A stretch of 64,000 bases of DNA from Allomuricauda sp. Its GTDB lineage: Bacteria > Bacteroidota > Bacteroidia > Flavobacteriales > Flavobacteriaceae. Below, piece by piece: positions 46,001 to 55,525 of this stretch. Each line of letters opens with the position of its first letter. Position 1 is the first letter of the stretch. Both the position numbers and the translations under genes were made by a program. The DNA is taken from positions 139,774 through 203,773 of the forward strand of contig PABT01000040.1 of NCBI GenBank assembly GCA_002699205.1, read 5' to 3'. The notes below the pieces were generated by a model. It did not search any database and was not told the origin of the DNA. It was given only the letters and a program-made list of their open reading frames with translations.

Positions 46001-48259
46001 ATGAAAACACCTTTAAAATTTATCAAAAACACCCAGGTCATTGCTCTGGGCATGTTGATTTTATTTACCATTTCAGCATGCCATACAGATCGATCTACAG
46101 AGTTGTATGTTTCTGTTGAGGGAAGTGAAAACGCGGACGGCAGTCTGGAAGATCCGTTTGCCAGTATACACCAAGCGGTGGCTGCCGTCCGTGAGATGCG
46201 CAAAAACGGTATCACCGAGCCGGTCACCATTTACTTAAGGGAGGGGCGACACCAAATTACGGAAACCTTGGTCCTGGGCATGGAGGATGGGGCGGATGGT
46301 CCGGTGGAAGCAGTGCCCTTTGAGGAGTACGGTGCTGGGGAACTGGCCCCTGCCCATCTGACCTTCGCCGCCTACGCGGATGAAAAACCGGTATTGAGCG
46401 CGGGAGTTCCCGTGGACGGATGGACATTGATGGATTCCGAGGCCACGGACCTGCCCAAAACCTCGGAAGGAAAGGTCTGGGTGGCCGATATTCCGGAAGG
46501 GCTCAATAAATTTTATACACTATACAATCAGGAAGGGCGCTTGAAGCGTGCCAGGGCAGAGGGCTTTGTCCCCACAAAGCCCGGGGACAAAAAAACGGTG
46601 TACTTTCCTAAAGGAAAAATCAAGAACTGGGACAACCTCGCCGATGTGGAGCTGAACATCCGACCTGGCAGGGCCTGGATGATCAACATGTTGCCATTGG
46701 GGTCGGTGGATGAAGAAAACGGTGTGGCCACCACCAGCGTTTCCGCAACTTATAAAATTGGCAAATTGGCCGATTGGGTGCACACCAAGGACGGCAACTC
46801 CGCATGGATCGAAAATACTTTGGAAGCCTTGGATGAGCCCGGGGAATGGGTCATCGATTCCAAAAAGAGGAAAATTTACCTGTGGCCCAAGAATCCTGCG
46901 GCCGATGGATCCCCTGAAGGCATCCTTGCGCCTGCCATTGTCGAGTTGGTCCGTGTGGAAGGGAATATAGATTATGAAGGTTCCGTTGATCGGCCGGTCA
47001 GGGGAATCTCTTTCTCGGGAATAACCTTTTCACATGCGGATAGAAGACCATGGGTCAATGATGACGATCAATTGGGATGGGGCATGCAGCACGATTGGGA
47101 TATGTTCGACAGGCCTACGGCCATGCTACGGTTCAGAGGGGCCGAAAACTGTGTGGTGAGCAACTGTACTTTTACTAATTCTGGGGGGACCGGGGTCCGT
47201 TTTGACCTGTACGCACAGCGCAACAAGGTAGAAAACTCCGAGTTTGCCCATTTGGGCGAGGCCGGGATTCTCTTGGCCGGCTATGGACCGGGCACCAAGG
47301 ACGTGAACCATCACAATGAGGTCATAAACAATCACATCCACCATTTCAGTGAGATCACCTGGCATTCCCCAGGGGTATGGGCCTGGCAGAGCGGGCACAA
47401 TCGCATCGCCAACAATTACATCCACCACAGTGGATACTCCGCCGTACTCATCACCAATCGGATAAGTCCTGACAGAAGTTTAAATGGTGAAGGAGGAAGA
47501 ACGGTAAGAAGACATGAGATAGACACCACTGTTATGAAACCGTCCAATGAACACTATGCCGATTGGAAAATGAGGGAAAAGTACAATCACTCGCGTCACA
47601 ATCTTTTGGAATACAATGAAATAACCCATTCGGTGCAATTGCTTTCCGATGGTAACTGTATTTATGTTTCAGGTGCGGGGACAGGGAATATTGTGAGGTA
47701 CAATTACCTACACGATAATTTGGAGCATTCCATGCCAGCTCCCATCCGTTGTGATGACGATCAACATGAGACCTTGATCTATGGAAATATCATTTATAAC
47801 AATTACGCTTTTTCGGCAGGTATTGCATCAAAAGGGGTCAATGATATTGTTAACAACGTTATTGCAGCACCACGGGTAGCTCCTCGTTGGGGATATATCA
47901 GTTTTGAATGGGTTCCCGTAACGGGTTCCAAGGTATTTAAAAATATTATCATATCTCATCCTGATGGAGGGAATGCGTATGCGGAAAGAGCGCGAAGGGG
48001 ACAAACCACTGGCCTTCCTGATCTCATACAAACAGAAATGGACTCCAATTTATATTATCACCCGACCGATCCAAATTGGATGGAAGCACATTTTACCAGA
48101 ATGCGGGCTGCCGGTAAGGAAGAAGCCAGTCTATTTGCCGATCCTATGTTCAAAGATCCGGCAAACGGGGATTTTGGGTTTAAAGAGGGAAGTCCAGCCC
48201 TAAAATTGGGAATAGAACCCTTGAATGTTTCTAAAATGGGCATTCAATCTGAAAACTAA
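46001..48259 (+). CDS. Right-handed beta-helix glycoside hydrolase, GH141-like lipoprotein
   Basis: Lipobox ISAC; TIYLREG, RLKRAR, LDEPGEW, repeated Asn-ladder turns (NNHIHH, NNYIHH, YNYLHD), SDGNCIY and IRCDD. Confidence 0.72.
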   Translation: MKTPLKFIKNTQVIALGMLILFTISACHTDRSTELYVSVEGSENADGSLEDPFASIHQAVAAVREMRKNGITEPVTIYLREGRHQITETLVLGMEDGADGPVEAVPFEEYGAGELAPAHLTFAAYADEKPVLSAGVPVDGWTLMDSEATDLPKTSEGKVWVADIPEGLNKFYTLYNQEGRLKRARAEGFVPTKPGDKKTVYFPKGKIKNWDNLADVELNIRPGRAWMINMLPLGSVDEENGVATTSVSATYKIGKLADWVHTKDGNSAWIENTLEALDEPGEWVIDSKKRKIYLWPKNPAADGSPEGILAPAIVELVRVEGNIDYEGSVDRPVRGISFSGITFSHADRRPWVNDDDQLGWGMQHDWDMFDRPTAMLRFRGAENCVVSNCTFTNSGGTGVRFDLYAQRNKVENSEFAHLGEAGILLAGYGPGTKDVNHHNEVINNHIHHFSEITWHSPGVWAWQSGHNRIANNYIHHSGYSAVLITNRISPDRSLNGEGGRTVRRHEIDTTVMKPSNEHYADWKMREKYNHSRHNLLEYNEITHSVQLLSDGNCIYVSGAGTGNIVRYNYLHDNLEHSMPAPIRCDDDQHETLIYGNIIYNNYAFSAGIASKGVNDIVNNVIAAPRVAPRWGYISFEWVPVTGSKVFKNIIISHPDGGNAYAERARRGQTTGLPDLIQTEMDSNLYYHPTDPNWMEAHFTRMRAAGKEEASLFADPMFKDPANGDFGFKEGSPALKLGIEPLNVSKMGIQSEN

Positions 48260-48264
48260 ATGCC

Positions 48265-49242
48265 ATGAAGAAGACGGTTCTATTATTAACTATAATCGGG
48301 ATGTTTTTATCACAAGATAATTGCAAGGCCCAAAATATTGATTTTGATAAATATCCCCATGTTATTCTCTCTAATAAAGACGTGAGTATGAAGGTGTATC
48401 TTCCGGATCCGGAAAAGGGATTTTATCGTGCAACCAGGTACGATTGGACAACTGCAATAGGAAGTCTTCAATATAAAGGACATGAATATTTCAAGTTTGA
48501 AAGTGAAACCTATGACCCAACTGCCACTCATAGAATGGTAGGTCCTGCAAGTACGTTCAAAAAGCCTGGATTAGGATACGATGAAGCAAAAGTTGGAGAT
48601 GAATTTATCAGGATCGGAGTCGGTTTTATAAAAAAAATAGAGGAGCCGGTTTATGATTACCATACGCACTACAAGCTTTCTAGGCCGGGGGAATGGTCAA
48701 CCGAGCAGGGTAAGGATTGGATTTCGTTCAAGCACATTATCAATAGTGATTTTGGCTATGGCTATGTTTATGAGAAAACCATTCGTCTGAAAGATGATGG
48801 ATTTACCATGGAGAGTAAATTGCAAAACACAGGGGAAAAGCTTATTGAAACCGATCAGTATAACCATAACTTTTTTGAGATCGATGGTAAAAGATGTAAT
48901 CCTTCCATACAAATCAGCTATCCATTTCCAATCACCACCGACAGTGATTTGGACGGTAAGGTAGTGTTGAAGGATAATACCATTCACTTTACTAGGGAAT
49001 TGGAACCCGGTCAAGTTTTTATGAGTCTAAAGGGCTTTGGCAAAAAATCGCAAGACAATCAATTTACAATTGAAGACACGGACTCGGGTGCCGGGGTTAC
49101 CGTGCGGGTCGATCAGCCCCTTACTAAAATGGAATTCTATTCAAACGGCAAGATGATATGTCCTGAGCATAATATGCGGATATATGTAAAGCCAGGAGAG
49201 GAACAAATGTGGACTTCCAGTTATTCTTTTTTTGTTAAATAG
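48265..49242 (+). CDS. Exported protein of unknown function, galactose-mutarotase-like fold
   Basis: Signal peptide; beta-rich; YLPDPEKGFYRATRYDW, YNHNFF, ICPE near the C-terminus as in aldose-1-epimerase relatives. Confidence 0.55.
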   Translation: MKKTVLLLTIIGMFLSQDNCKAQNIDFDKYPHVILSNKDVSMKVYLPDPEKGFYRATRYDWTTAIGSLQYKGHEYFKFESETYDPTATHRMVGPASTFKKPGLGYDEAKVGDEFIRIGVGFIKKIEEPVYDYHTHYKLSRPGEWSTEQGKDWISFKHIINSDFGYGYVYEKTIRLKDDGFTMESKLQNTGEKLIETDQYNHNFFEIDGKRCNPSIQISYPFPITTDSDLDGKVVLKDNTIHFTRELEPGQVFMSLKGFGKKSQDNQFTIEDTDSGAGVTVRVDQPLTKMEFYSNGKMICPEHNMRIYVKPGEEQMWTSSYSFFVK

Positions 49243-49256
49243 GTAAATCATTAAAA

Positions 49257-50798
49257 ATGAACATAAAAACATTACTTTATTCAATCTTTCAAATAGGCCT
49301 TATCTTATTGGTTGCGGTATTTATTTTCGGATTTGAGGATAAAAAACCTGAACCGCAAAGGCCGAATGTAATTGTGATTATGCCCGATGATGCAGGGTAT
49401 GGTGATTACGCAAGTCTTGGTAATCCCATTATACGTACCCCCTCGGTAGATGCATTCAAAAAAGAGAGCTTACTTTTTACACAATTTCATGTTAGTCCAA
49501 AGTGTTCCCCGACCCGAGCAGCCTTGTTGGGTGGTCGTCATGAGTTCAAAAGTGGTGTAACCCACACTGTATTTGAACGTGAGCGCTTGAGTCTGCAAAC
49601 GGTTACGATTGCGGATATGCTCAAAGGAGCGGGCTATGCTACGGGTATTTTTGGAAAATGGCACCTTGGGGACGAAAAGGCCTATCGCCCCGAGAATCGA
49701 GGGTTTGATGAAGTCTATTCCCATGGTGGCGGTGGCATAGGACAAACCTTTCCTGGATCTTGTGGAGATGCCCCTGGTAACAGTAATATAGATCCTGTTC
49801 TTTGGCACAACGGAAAATGGGTGAAGACCACGGGTTATAGCACCGACTTATTTTTTGATCAAGCGATCAAGTGGATGGACACCAAACGTAAGGAGAAGAA
49901 ACCTTTCTTTGCTTACATTCCGCTCAATGCAGCTCACGGTCCCTATGTAGTACCGGAAAAATACTATAAACAATACCTTGGAAAACCCGGTGTGGACGAG
50001 CAAACGGCGAAGTTTTTTGGGATGATTGAAAATATCGATACAAACTTTGGCAAAATGCTCGGGAAACTTGAAGAGATGGGTATCGATGATAACACACTCG
50101 TCATTTTTCTCGGTTCTGACAATGGAGGTACTAAAGGAGTGAAAATATTCAATGCCGGTATGAAAGGTGGCAAAGGGTCTCCTTATCAGGGTGGTACCAG
50201 GGTGCCGTGTTTTGTTCGTTGGCCCGCTGGCGGTATTCAGGGAGGTGTAGAGACGGATGCTTTAACCGCTCACCTAGATATTTTCCCAACCCTTGCTGAA
50301 TTGGCAGGAGTCAAACTTTCTGGGAAAATACAGAGCCAGATTGATGGAATCAATTTGGTACCCCTATTTAAAAATCCTAACGGACAATGGCCAGATCGTA
50401 CACTTGTACATCACTTTGGTAATTGGGCCCAGGGCGATGCGGCCAAATCAAAATATCGAAGATCGGCAATTCAAAACTCCCGTTTCTCACTTGTTAACAA
50501 TACTGAGCTTTATGATATTAAAGCAGATCCGGGAGAAACCAAAAATATTATAGACCACCATCCCCTAGTGGTCAAGAAACTACGTGCCTTATATGATCAA
50601 TGGTGGGAAGATGTGCAACCACTTCTTGTGAATGAAAATTTGGTCGGCCCCAAAGTAAACCCCATGAAGGAAACATATTGGGAACAATTTGGAGGTGGCC
50701 CCGATGAGCAGATGTTAAGACGGATGGACCCGGCCAATGCGGTTAAAATGAGTAGGGAAATTGCGGCACGTAACGAGAGCAACTGGAAAAAAAGATAA
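49257..50798 (+). CDS. Cys-type S1 sulfatase (S1_17-like)
   Basis: MPDDAG, KCSPTRAALL, GKWHLGD, GSDNG. Confidence 0.93.
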   Translation: MNIKTLLYSIFQIGLILLVAVFIFGFEDKKPEPQRPNVIVIMPDDAGYGDYASLGNPIIRTPSVDAFKKESLLFTQFHVSPKCSPTRAALLGGRHEFKSGVTHTVFERERLSLQTVTIADMLKGAGYATGIFGKWHLGDEKAYRPENRGFDEVYSHGGGGIGQTFPGSCGDAPGNSNIDPVLWHNGKWVKTTGYSTDLFFDQAIKWMDTKRKEKKPFFAYIPLNAAHGPYVVPEKYYKQYLGKPGVDEQTAKFFGMIENIDTNFGKMLGKLEEMGIDDNTLVIFLGSDNGGTKGVKIFNAGMKGGKGSPYQGGTRVPCFVRWPAGGIQGGVETDALTAHLDIFPTLAELAGVKLSGKIQSQIDGINLVPLFKNPNGQWPDRTLVHHFGNWAQGDAAKSKYRRSAIQNSRFSLVNNTELYDIKADPGETKNIIDHHPLVVKKLRALYDQWWEDVQPLLVNENLVGPKVNPMKETYWEQFGGGPDEQMLRRMDPANAVKMSREIAARNESNWKKR

Positions 50799-50871
50799 CA
50801 CAAATAGGAAGCAGCTAAACATTGGTGTTTCATCGGTTATCCTATTCAATAAAGAGATGTAAACATAAAAA

Positions 50872-52362
50872 ATGGACAAAAAACTAAAAATATTGGCACT
50901 ATCGTTACTTCTGGGAATCATCAGTGGATTTTCCCAAAGTTCATCCATGGCTGGCAGTAGGCCCAACATCATTTTGGTTTTGACCGATGATCAAGGGATG
51001 GGGGATTTGTCATGTATGGGAAATGAAATTTTGAGAACTCCCCATATTGATGAGTTTTATGAAAAATCCACTCGATTTACCGATTTTCATGTAAGTCCTA
51101 CCTGTGCGCCTACCCGTGCGGCCTTGATGAGCGGACGGGTTCCTTTTAAAAATGGTGTAACCCATACTATTTTACAAAGGGAAAGGATGGCCTTGGATGT
51201 TTTTACGCTACCGCAAGCTTTGAAAACCTCGGGGTATACAACCGGACTTTTTGGAAAATGGCATTTAGGGGACGAACTGGCCTACTTGCCCGTAAATCGT
51301 GGTTTTGATGAGGTGCTTATGCACGGTGCGGGCGGCATTGGGCAGTTGAAATATGGTGATTTTCCTCCTAATGCGGGAGAAAACAGTTACTTCGACAATG
51401 TTTTATTGCACAATGATACGATTGTTCAGACGAAAGGGTTTTGTACAGATTTGTTCTTTAATGCATCACTGGCATGGATCAAGAAACAACATCAGGCCAA
51501 TAAACCCTATTTTGCCTATGTATCCCTAAATGCACCTCACGGCCCCTTTAACAATAATGCCCCGGAAGAATATCAAAAGCGTTTTTTGGATGCTGGTTAT
51601 GACAAAAAGACGGCCGTACGTTATGGGATGATTGAGAACATTGATGATAATTTTGGGGAGATGATGGCAAAGCTTGAAGCTTGGGGAGCCCTTGACAATA
51701 CCATAGTCATATTTATGACGGACAATGGTATGTCCATGCCTCCCATTACCCATAATGGAGAAAAAGAATACCCCTTTAATGCGGGATTGAAAGGAAGAAA
51801 AAACACTCCTCATGAGGGTGGAACCCATGTTCCTTTTTTTGTGCAATGGAAAGGTGTCCTAGGTCAAGGGGTAGATATAGATGGCCTAGCGTCCCATATA
51901 GACTTGTACCAAACCTTCTGTGAACTGGCGGGAGTGAATCTCCCCAAAAGCATACAGAAAATGGATGGCCGTTCCTTTGTGCCCCTATTGGAAAACCCCA
52001 ATGCTCCATGGGAAGACCGAAACTTATTTTTTCATTGTGGCCGTTGGGCAGCAGGTGAAAGGGAACAGGCAAAATATATCAAGTGTGCCGTACGTACAGA
52101 ACAATGGAGGTTTGTGAACAATTCCCAATTGTACGATATATCGAAAGATCCATTTGAGGAACAAGATGTCTCCGCAAACAACCCAAAGGTTATTGAACAA
52201 TTTAGGGAGGTATATGATCGCTGGTGGGCATCGACCCTGCCCTTTATGGTGAATGAGGATCTACCTTCGGTAGAACCGGAAGACCAACCCCTTGTCAAGC
52301 GTTATTATGAACAATTGGAGAAATACGGTATTCCAGATTGGGCGCCAGAATCAATAAAATAA
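50872..52362 (+). CDS. Cys-type S1 sulfatase (S1_17-like)
   Basis: [36 protein letters not shown]. Confidence 0.93.
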   Translation: MDKKLKILALSLLLGIISGFSQSSSMAGSRPNIILVLTDDQGMGDLSCMGNEILRTPHIDEFYEKSTRFTDFHVSPTCAPTRAALMSGRVPFKNGVTHTILQRERMALDVFTLPQALKTSGYTTGLFGKWHLGDELAYLPVNRGFDEVLMHGAGGIGQLKYGDFPPNAGENSYFDNVLLHNDTIVQTKGFCTDLFFNASLAWIKKQHQANKPYFAYVSLNAPHGPFNNNAPEEYQKRFLDAGYDKKTAVRYGMIENIDDNFGEMMAKLEAWGALDNTIVIFMTDNGMSMPPITHNGEKEYPFNAGLKGRKNTPHEGGTHVPFFVQWKGVLGQGVDIDGLASHIDLYQTFCELAGVNLPKSIQKMDGRSFVPLLENPNAPWEDRNLFFHCGRWAAGEREQAKYIKCAVRTEQWRFVNNSQLYDISKDPFEEQDVSANNPKVIEQFREVYDRWWASTLPFMVNEDLPSVEPEDQPLVKRYYEQLEKYGIPDWAPESIK

Positions 52363-52368
52363 ACAAAG

Positions 52369-53643
52369 ATGTTAATCTCAGGTACTTTTAAGAGTTGTGC
52401 GAAGTATATTTTAAGTGGATTATTGACTGCTACTTGTTTTTCACTGATAGCACAGAACAATCAAAAATCATTGGTTGATATATTGGAGCCTAAGGTGTTC
52501 CGTGCACCCAAGATTTTTTGGGAACCAACCAAAGACCAAGGGAAGGTTAAAGCCTTGTTTTATGAAACCCTCGATTATAAAGGAAAACCAACCAGGGCTT
52601 TTGCCTATCTGGGGATTCCCGACGGGGATACTCCTGTCCCCGCAATGGTACTGGTGCATGGCGGTGGAGGCAAGGCATTTTACGAATGGGTGAAAATATG
52701 GAACGATAGAGGTTATGCGGCAATTTCAATGAGCTTGGAAGGGCACCGGCCAGATGAAGAGGGCAATGGCAAACATCGTCATGAATTTAGTGGCCCTACT
52801 CGGGTTGGACGTTTCGAAGATGTCGAAAAACCAATAAAGGAGCAATGGATGTACCATGCTGTTTCAGACATTTTATTGGCACATTCATTATTGGCTTCAT
52901 TACCCGAAGTTGATGCCGATCGCATAGGAATTACCGGCATCTCATGGGGTGGAATTTTGAGCAGTCTCGTATCGGGGGTGGACAGTAGATTAAAATGTGC
53001 GATTCCTGTTTATGGTGCGGGATTCTTGAATGAATCAAAAGGTCATTTCGGAGACCATGGGGATGCCACCGCCGAATATATTGAAAAGAAGAAATTTTGG
53101 GACCCAGCGAACCAGTTTGCGAATGGTAATGTACCGACACTATGGGTAAATGGAGATTCCGACGGACATTTTTCCCTTAATATTACCTCTCGTTCTTTTC
53201 AGGTAACTGCAGACCATGCCTATATGAGTATCCATCCAGGTATGCGACATGGACATCCACCAGGGTGGAACCCTGAGGAAGTACCGGAAATTTATGCGTT
53301 TGCAGATTATGAGTTGAAAAAATCAGGATATCCCTTGGCTCGGATTGTAAAACAACCATCCGGTAAAAAGCTTAGATTAAAGTATAGGTCGGAATTACCA
53401 ATAATAGAGGCCAAAGTATATTACCTCAATGAAGAATTGACCTATAGAAAAGAATCTGAATCAGATAAGCACGCAAGACCAAGTACATGGCAAAGTATTA
53501 CGGCAGATATCGATGAATCAAAACAAATGGTCAAGGCAAAACTGCCCAAAAGTGCCCGAACATATTATGTGAATCTAAAAGATTCAAGAGGGTTGATAAT
53601 TTCATCCATTTTAGTGCAATTAAAAGATAATCAAAGAAACTAA
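52369..53643 (+). CDS. Alpha/beta-hydrolase carbohydrate esterase (deacetylase candidate)
   Basis: VHGGGG oxyanion loop, GISWGG nucleophile elbow, D in GDSDGHF, H in MRHGH; signal peptide. Confidence 0.8.
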   Translation: MLISGTFKSCAKYILSGLLTATCFSLIAQNNQKSLVDILEPKVFRAPKIFWEPTKDQGKVKALFYETLDYKGKPTRAFAYLGIPDGDTPVPAMVLVHGGGGKAFYEWVKIWNDRGYAAISMSLEGHRPDEEGNGKHRHEFSGPTRVGRFEDVEKPIKEQWMYHAVSDILLAHSLLASLPEVDADRIGITGISWGGILSSLVSGVDSRLKCAIPVYGAGFLNESKGHFGDHGDATAEYIEKKKFWDPANQFANGNVPTLWVNGDSDGHFSLNITSRSFQVTADHAYMSIHPGMRHGHPPGWNPEEVPEIYAFADYELKKSGYPLARIVKQPSGKKLRLKYRSELPIIEAKVYYLNEELTYRKESESDKHARPSTWQSITADIDESKQMVKAKLPKSARTYYVNLKDSRGLIISSILVQLKDNQRN

Positions 53644-53646
53644 AGT

Positions 53647-55503
53647 ATGGGAACAAGAAGAATCGGAACAAGAATAGCATCTGTAATAACATTGGTATTG
53701 ATGTTTTCATCAGGTTTGGCAAGGGCTCAGAACAAAAGTGAAGCCAAACTGTGCAATGATGAATCTATGGACTGGTTTCGGGAAGCAAAATTTGGGATGT
53801 TCATCCATTTTGGGGCGGAAACCCCAGAGCGATTAGAGCACAGTGATTTGACCCGAACGGAAAAATATGAAATTGCGGTAAAAGAATTTAACCCTGTTGA
53901 TTTTGATGCAAAAGAATGGGTTAAAATAGCCAAAGATGCGGGAATGAAGTACATCGTATTTACTACCAAACATCATGATGGGTTCTGTAAATGGGATTCA
54001 AAATTAACGGATTGGGATGTAATGGATCAAACCTCCTTCAAACGGGATATTGTGGGAGAATTGGCCGAAGCCTGCAAAGAAGCGGGAATTGAACTTGGAT
54101 TCTACTATTCCATAGCAGATTGGCATCACCCCGAATACGACCCGGTTTACAGCAATCGCAACGGATTCCATTTTAACCCCAATCCCGATGCGGATATTAC
54201 CAAGTATATGGATTATATGTATGGCCAAATAAGGGAATTGTGCGAAAATTATCAACCCCGTCTATTTTGGTTCGATGGCTCTGGTGGTTTTAGAAATCCG
54301 AACAAGAAGCGCATATTGGGACAACAAGAGATGATGGATTTGTTGAGTTCTTATGGGGCGATAAGCAATAGTCGCTATGGGGATGACGATTCCTTAAAAT
54401 ATGTCAATTACCTATCAATGGGTGATAATATGTCTCCATCAGGAAATATAGGAGTGCCTTTTGAGACAGCCCAAACCATGAACAACTCTTGGCATTTTGA
54501 AGCAAGTGACGAGGATTGGAAATCGGCAGATACCTTGTTGGAATATCTGGTCAAAATTGTTGGGAACGGAGGAAATTATTTGTTGAATGTAGGTCCGGAT
54601 CGCAATGGGGTAATTCCCGAAGCGTCCCAAAACAGGCTTAAAATAATGGGAGATTGGCTTAAAACAAATGGAGAAGCCATATACGGGACCAAGGCGGGCC
54701 CTTATCCCTACGAATTAAATTGGGGGTCAATGACCCAACGAAAGAAGGGAGATAGAACAATACTTTATTTGAATGTGGTAGACTGGCCACAGGATGGAAC
54801 CTTTAAATTATATGGCCTTATGAACAAGGTCTTAAAGGCAAGCCTTTTAGCTGACCGAACCGAGCTTTCTACATCAAATGAATTCAATGCTTCGGCAGGG
54901 TTGAATGTTGTATCGATACAAGTTCCTAAAACGGCACCTGACCCCTATGTTTCGGTTATTTCTTTGGAAATAGAAGGGGAGCCGGTGATTGATGGACATT
55001 TTTTGCAGCAAAATGACGACACGGTCTTATTGGATGCATTCTATTCCACGATTCATGATGAAAAACTCGTGCCGAACAAGCCACTACGACCAGTAGACCA
55101 AAAAATATTCACTGTAATGCAAAAAGGGGAGGGAATTATGCCCACAAGGGGGATGACCGTAGGTTTGAATAAAACGGGACAGGCCTTGACATGGGATTTT
55201 AGAATGGTTAACCCTGGAACTTATGAAGTCGCAGTAGTTTGTAATGCAGGAGAAAACCAAAAATGGGAAGCGGATGGAAAAATGAAAGTGACCGTGGCAG
55301 GTCAATCGGTTGAAAACAAACTTAGGGAAGATGAAAGAAAAGAGAACCGATGGATGGCACACAATATGAAAAGTGTGGTCTCCAAAATAGGAAAAATAAC
55401 GATTAACACGGCTGGGATGAAAACCCTGACCTTGGAAGTTACATCTGATTTTAATGATTTAAAACCCAATGTTCGATACGTTCAACTTGTACCGATCAAA
55501 TAA
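53647..55503 (+). CDS. GH29 alpha-L-fucosidase-family enzyme with C-terminal CBM-like domain
   Basis: [31 protein letters not shown]. Confidence 0.9.
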   Translation: MGTRRIGTRIASVITLVLMFSSGLARAQNKSEAKLCNDESMDWFREAKFGMFIHFGAETPERLEHSDLTRTEKYEIAVKEFNPVDFDAKEWVKIAKDAGMKYIVFTTKHHDGFCKWDSKLTDWDVMDQTSFKRDIVGELAEACKEAGIELGFYYSIADWHHPEYDPVYSNRNGFHFNPNPDADITKYMDYMYGQIRELCENYQPRLFWFDGSGGFRNPNKKRILGQQEMMDLLSSYGAISNSRYGDDDSLKYVNYLSMGDNMSPSGNIGVPFETAQTMNNSWHFEASDEDWKSADTLLEYLVKIVGNGGNYLLNVGPDRNGVIPEASQNRLKIMGDWLKTNGEAIYGTKAGPYPYELNWGSMTQRKKGDRTILYLNVVDWPQDGTFKLYGLMNKVLKASLLADRTELSTSNEFNASAGLNVVSIQVPKTAPDPYVSVISLEIEGEPVIDGHFLQQNDDTVLLDAFYSTIHDEKLVPNKPLRPVDQKIFTVMQKGEGIMPTRGMTVGLNKTGQALTWDFRMVNPGTYEVAVVCNAGENQKWEADGKMKVTVAGQSVENKLREDERKENRWMAHNMKSVVSKIGKITINTAGMKTLTLEVTSDFNDLKPNVRYVQLVPIK

Positions 55504-55525
55504 ACCTACAAATTTATATAAGCAA

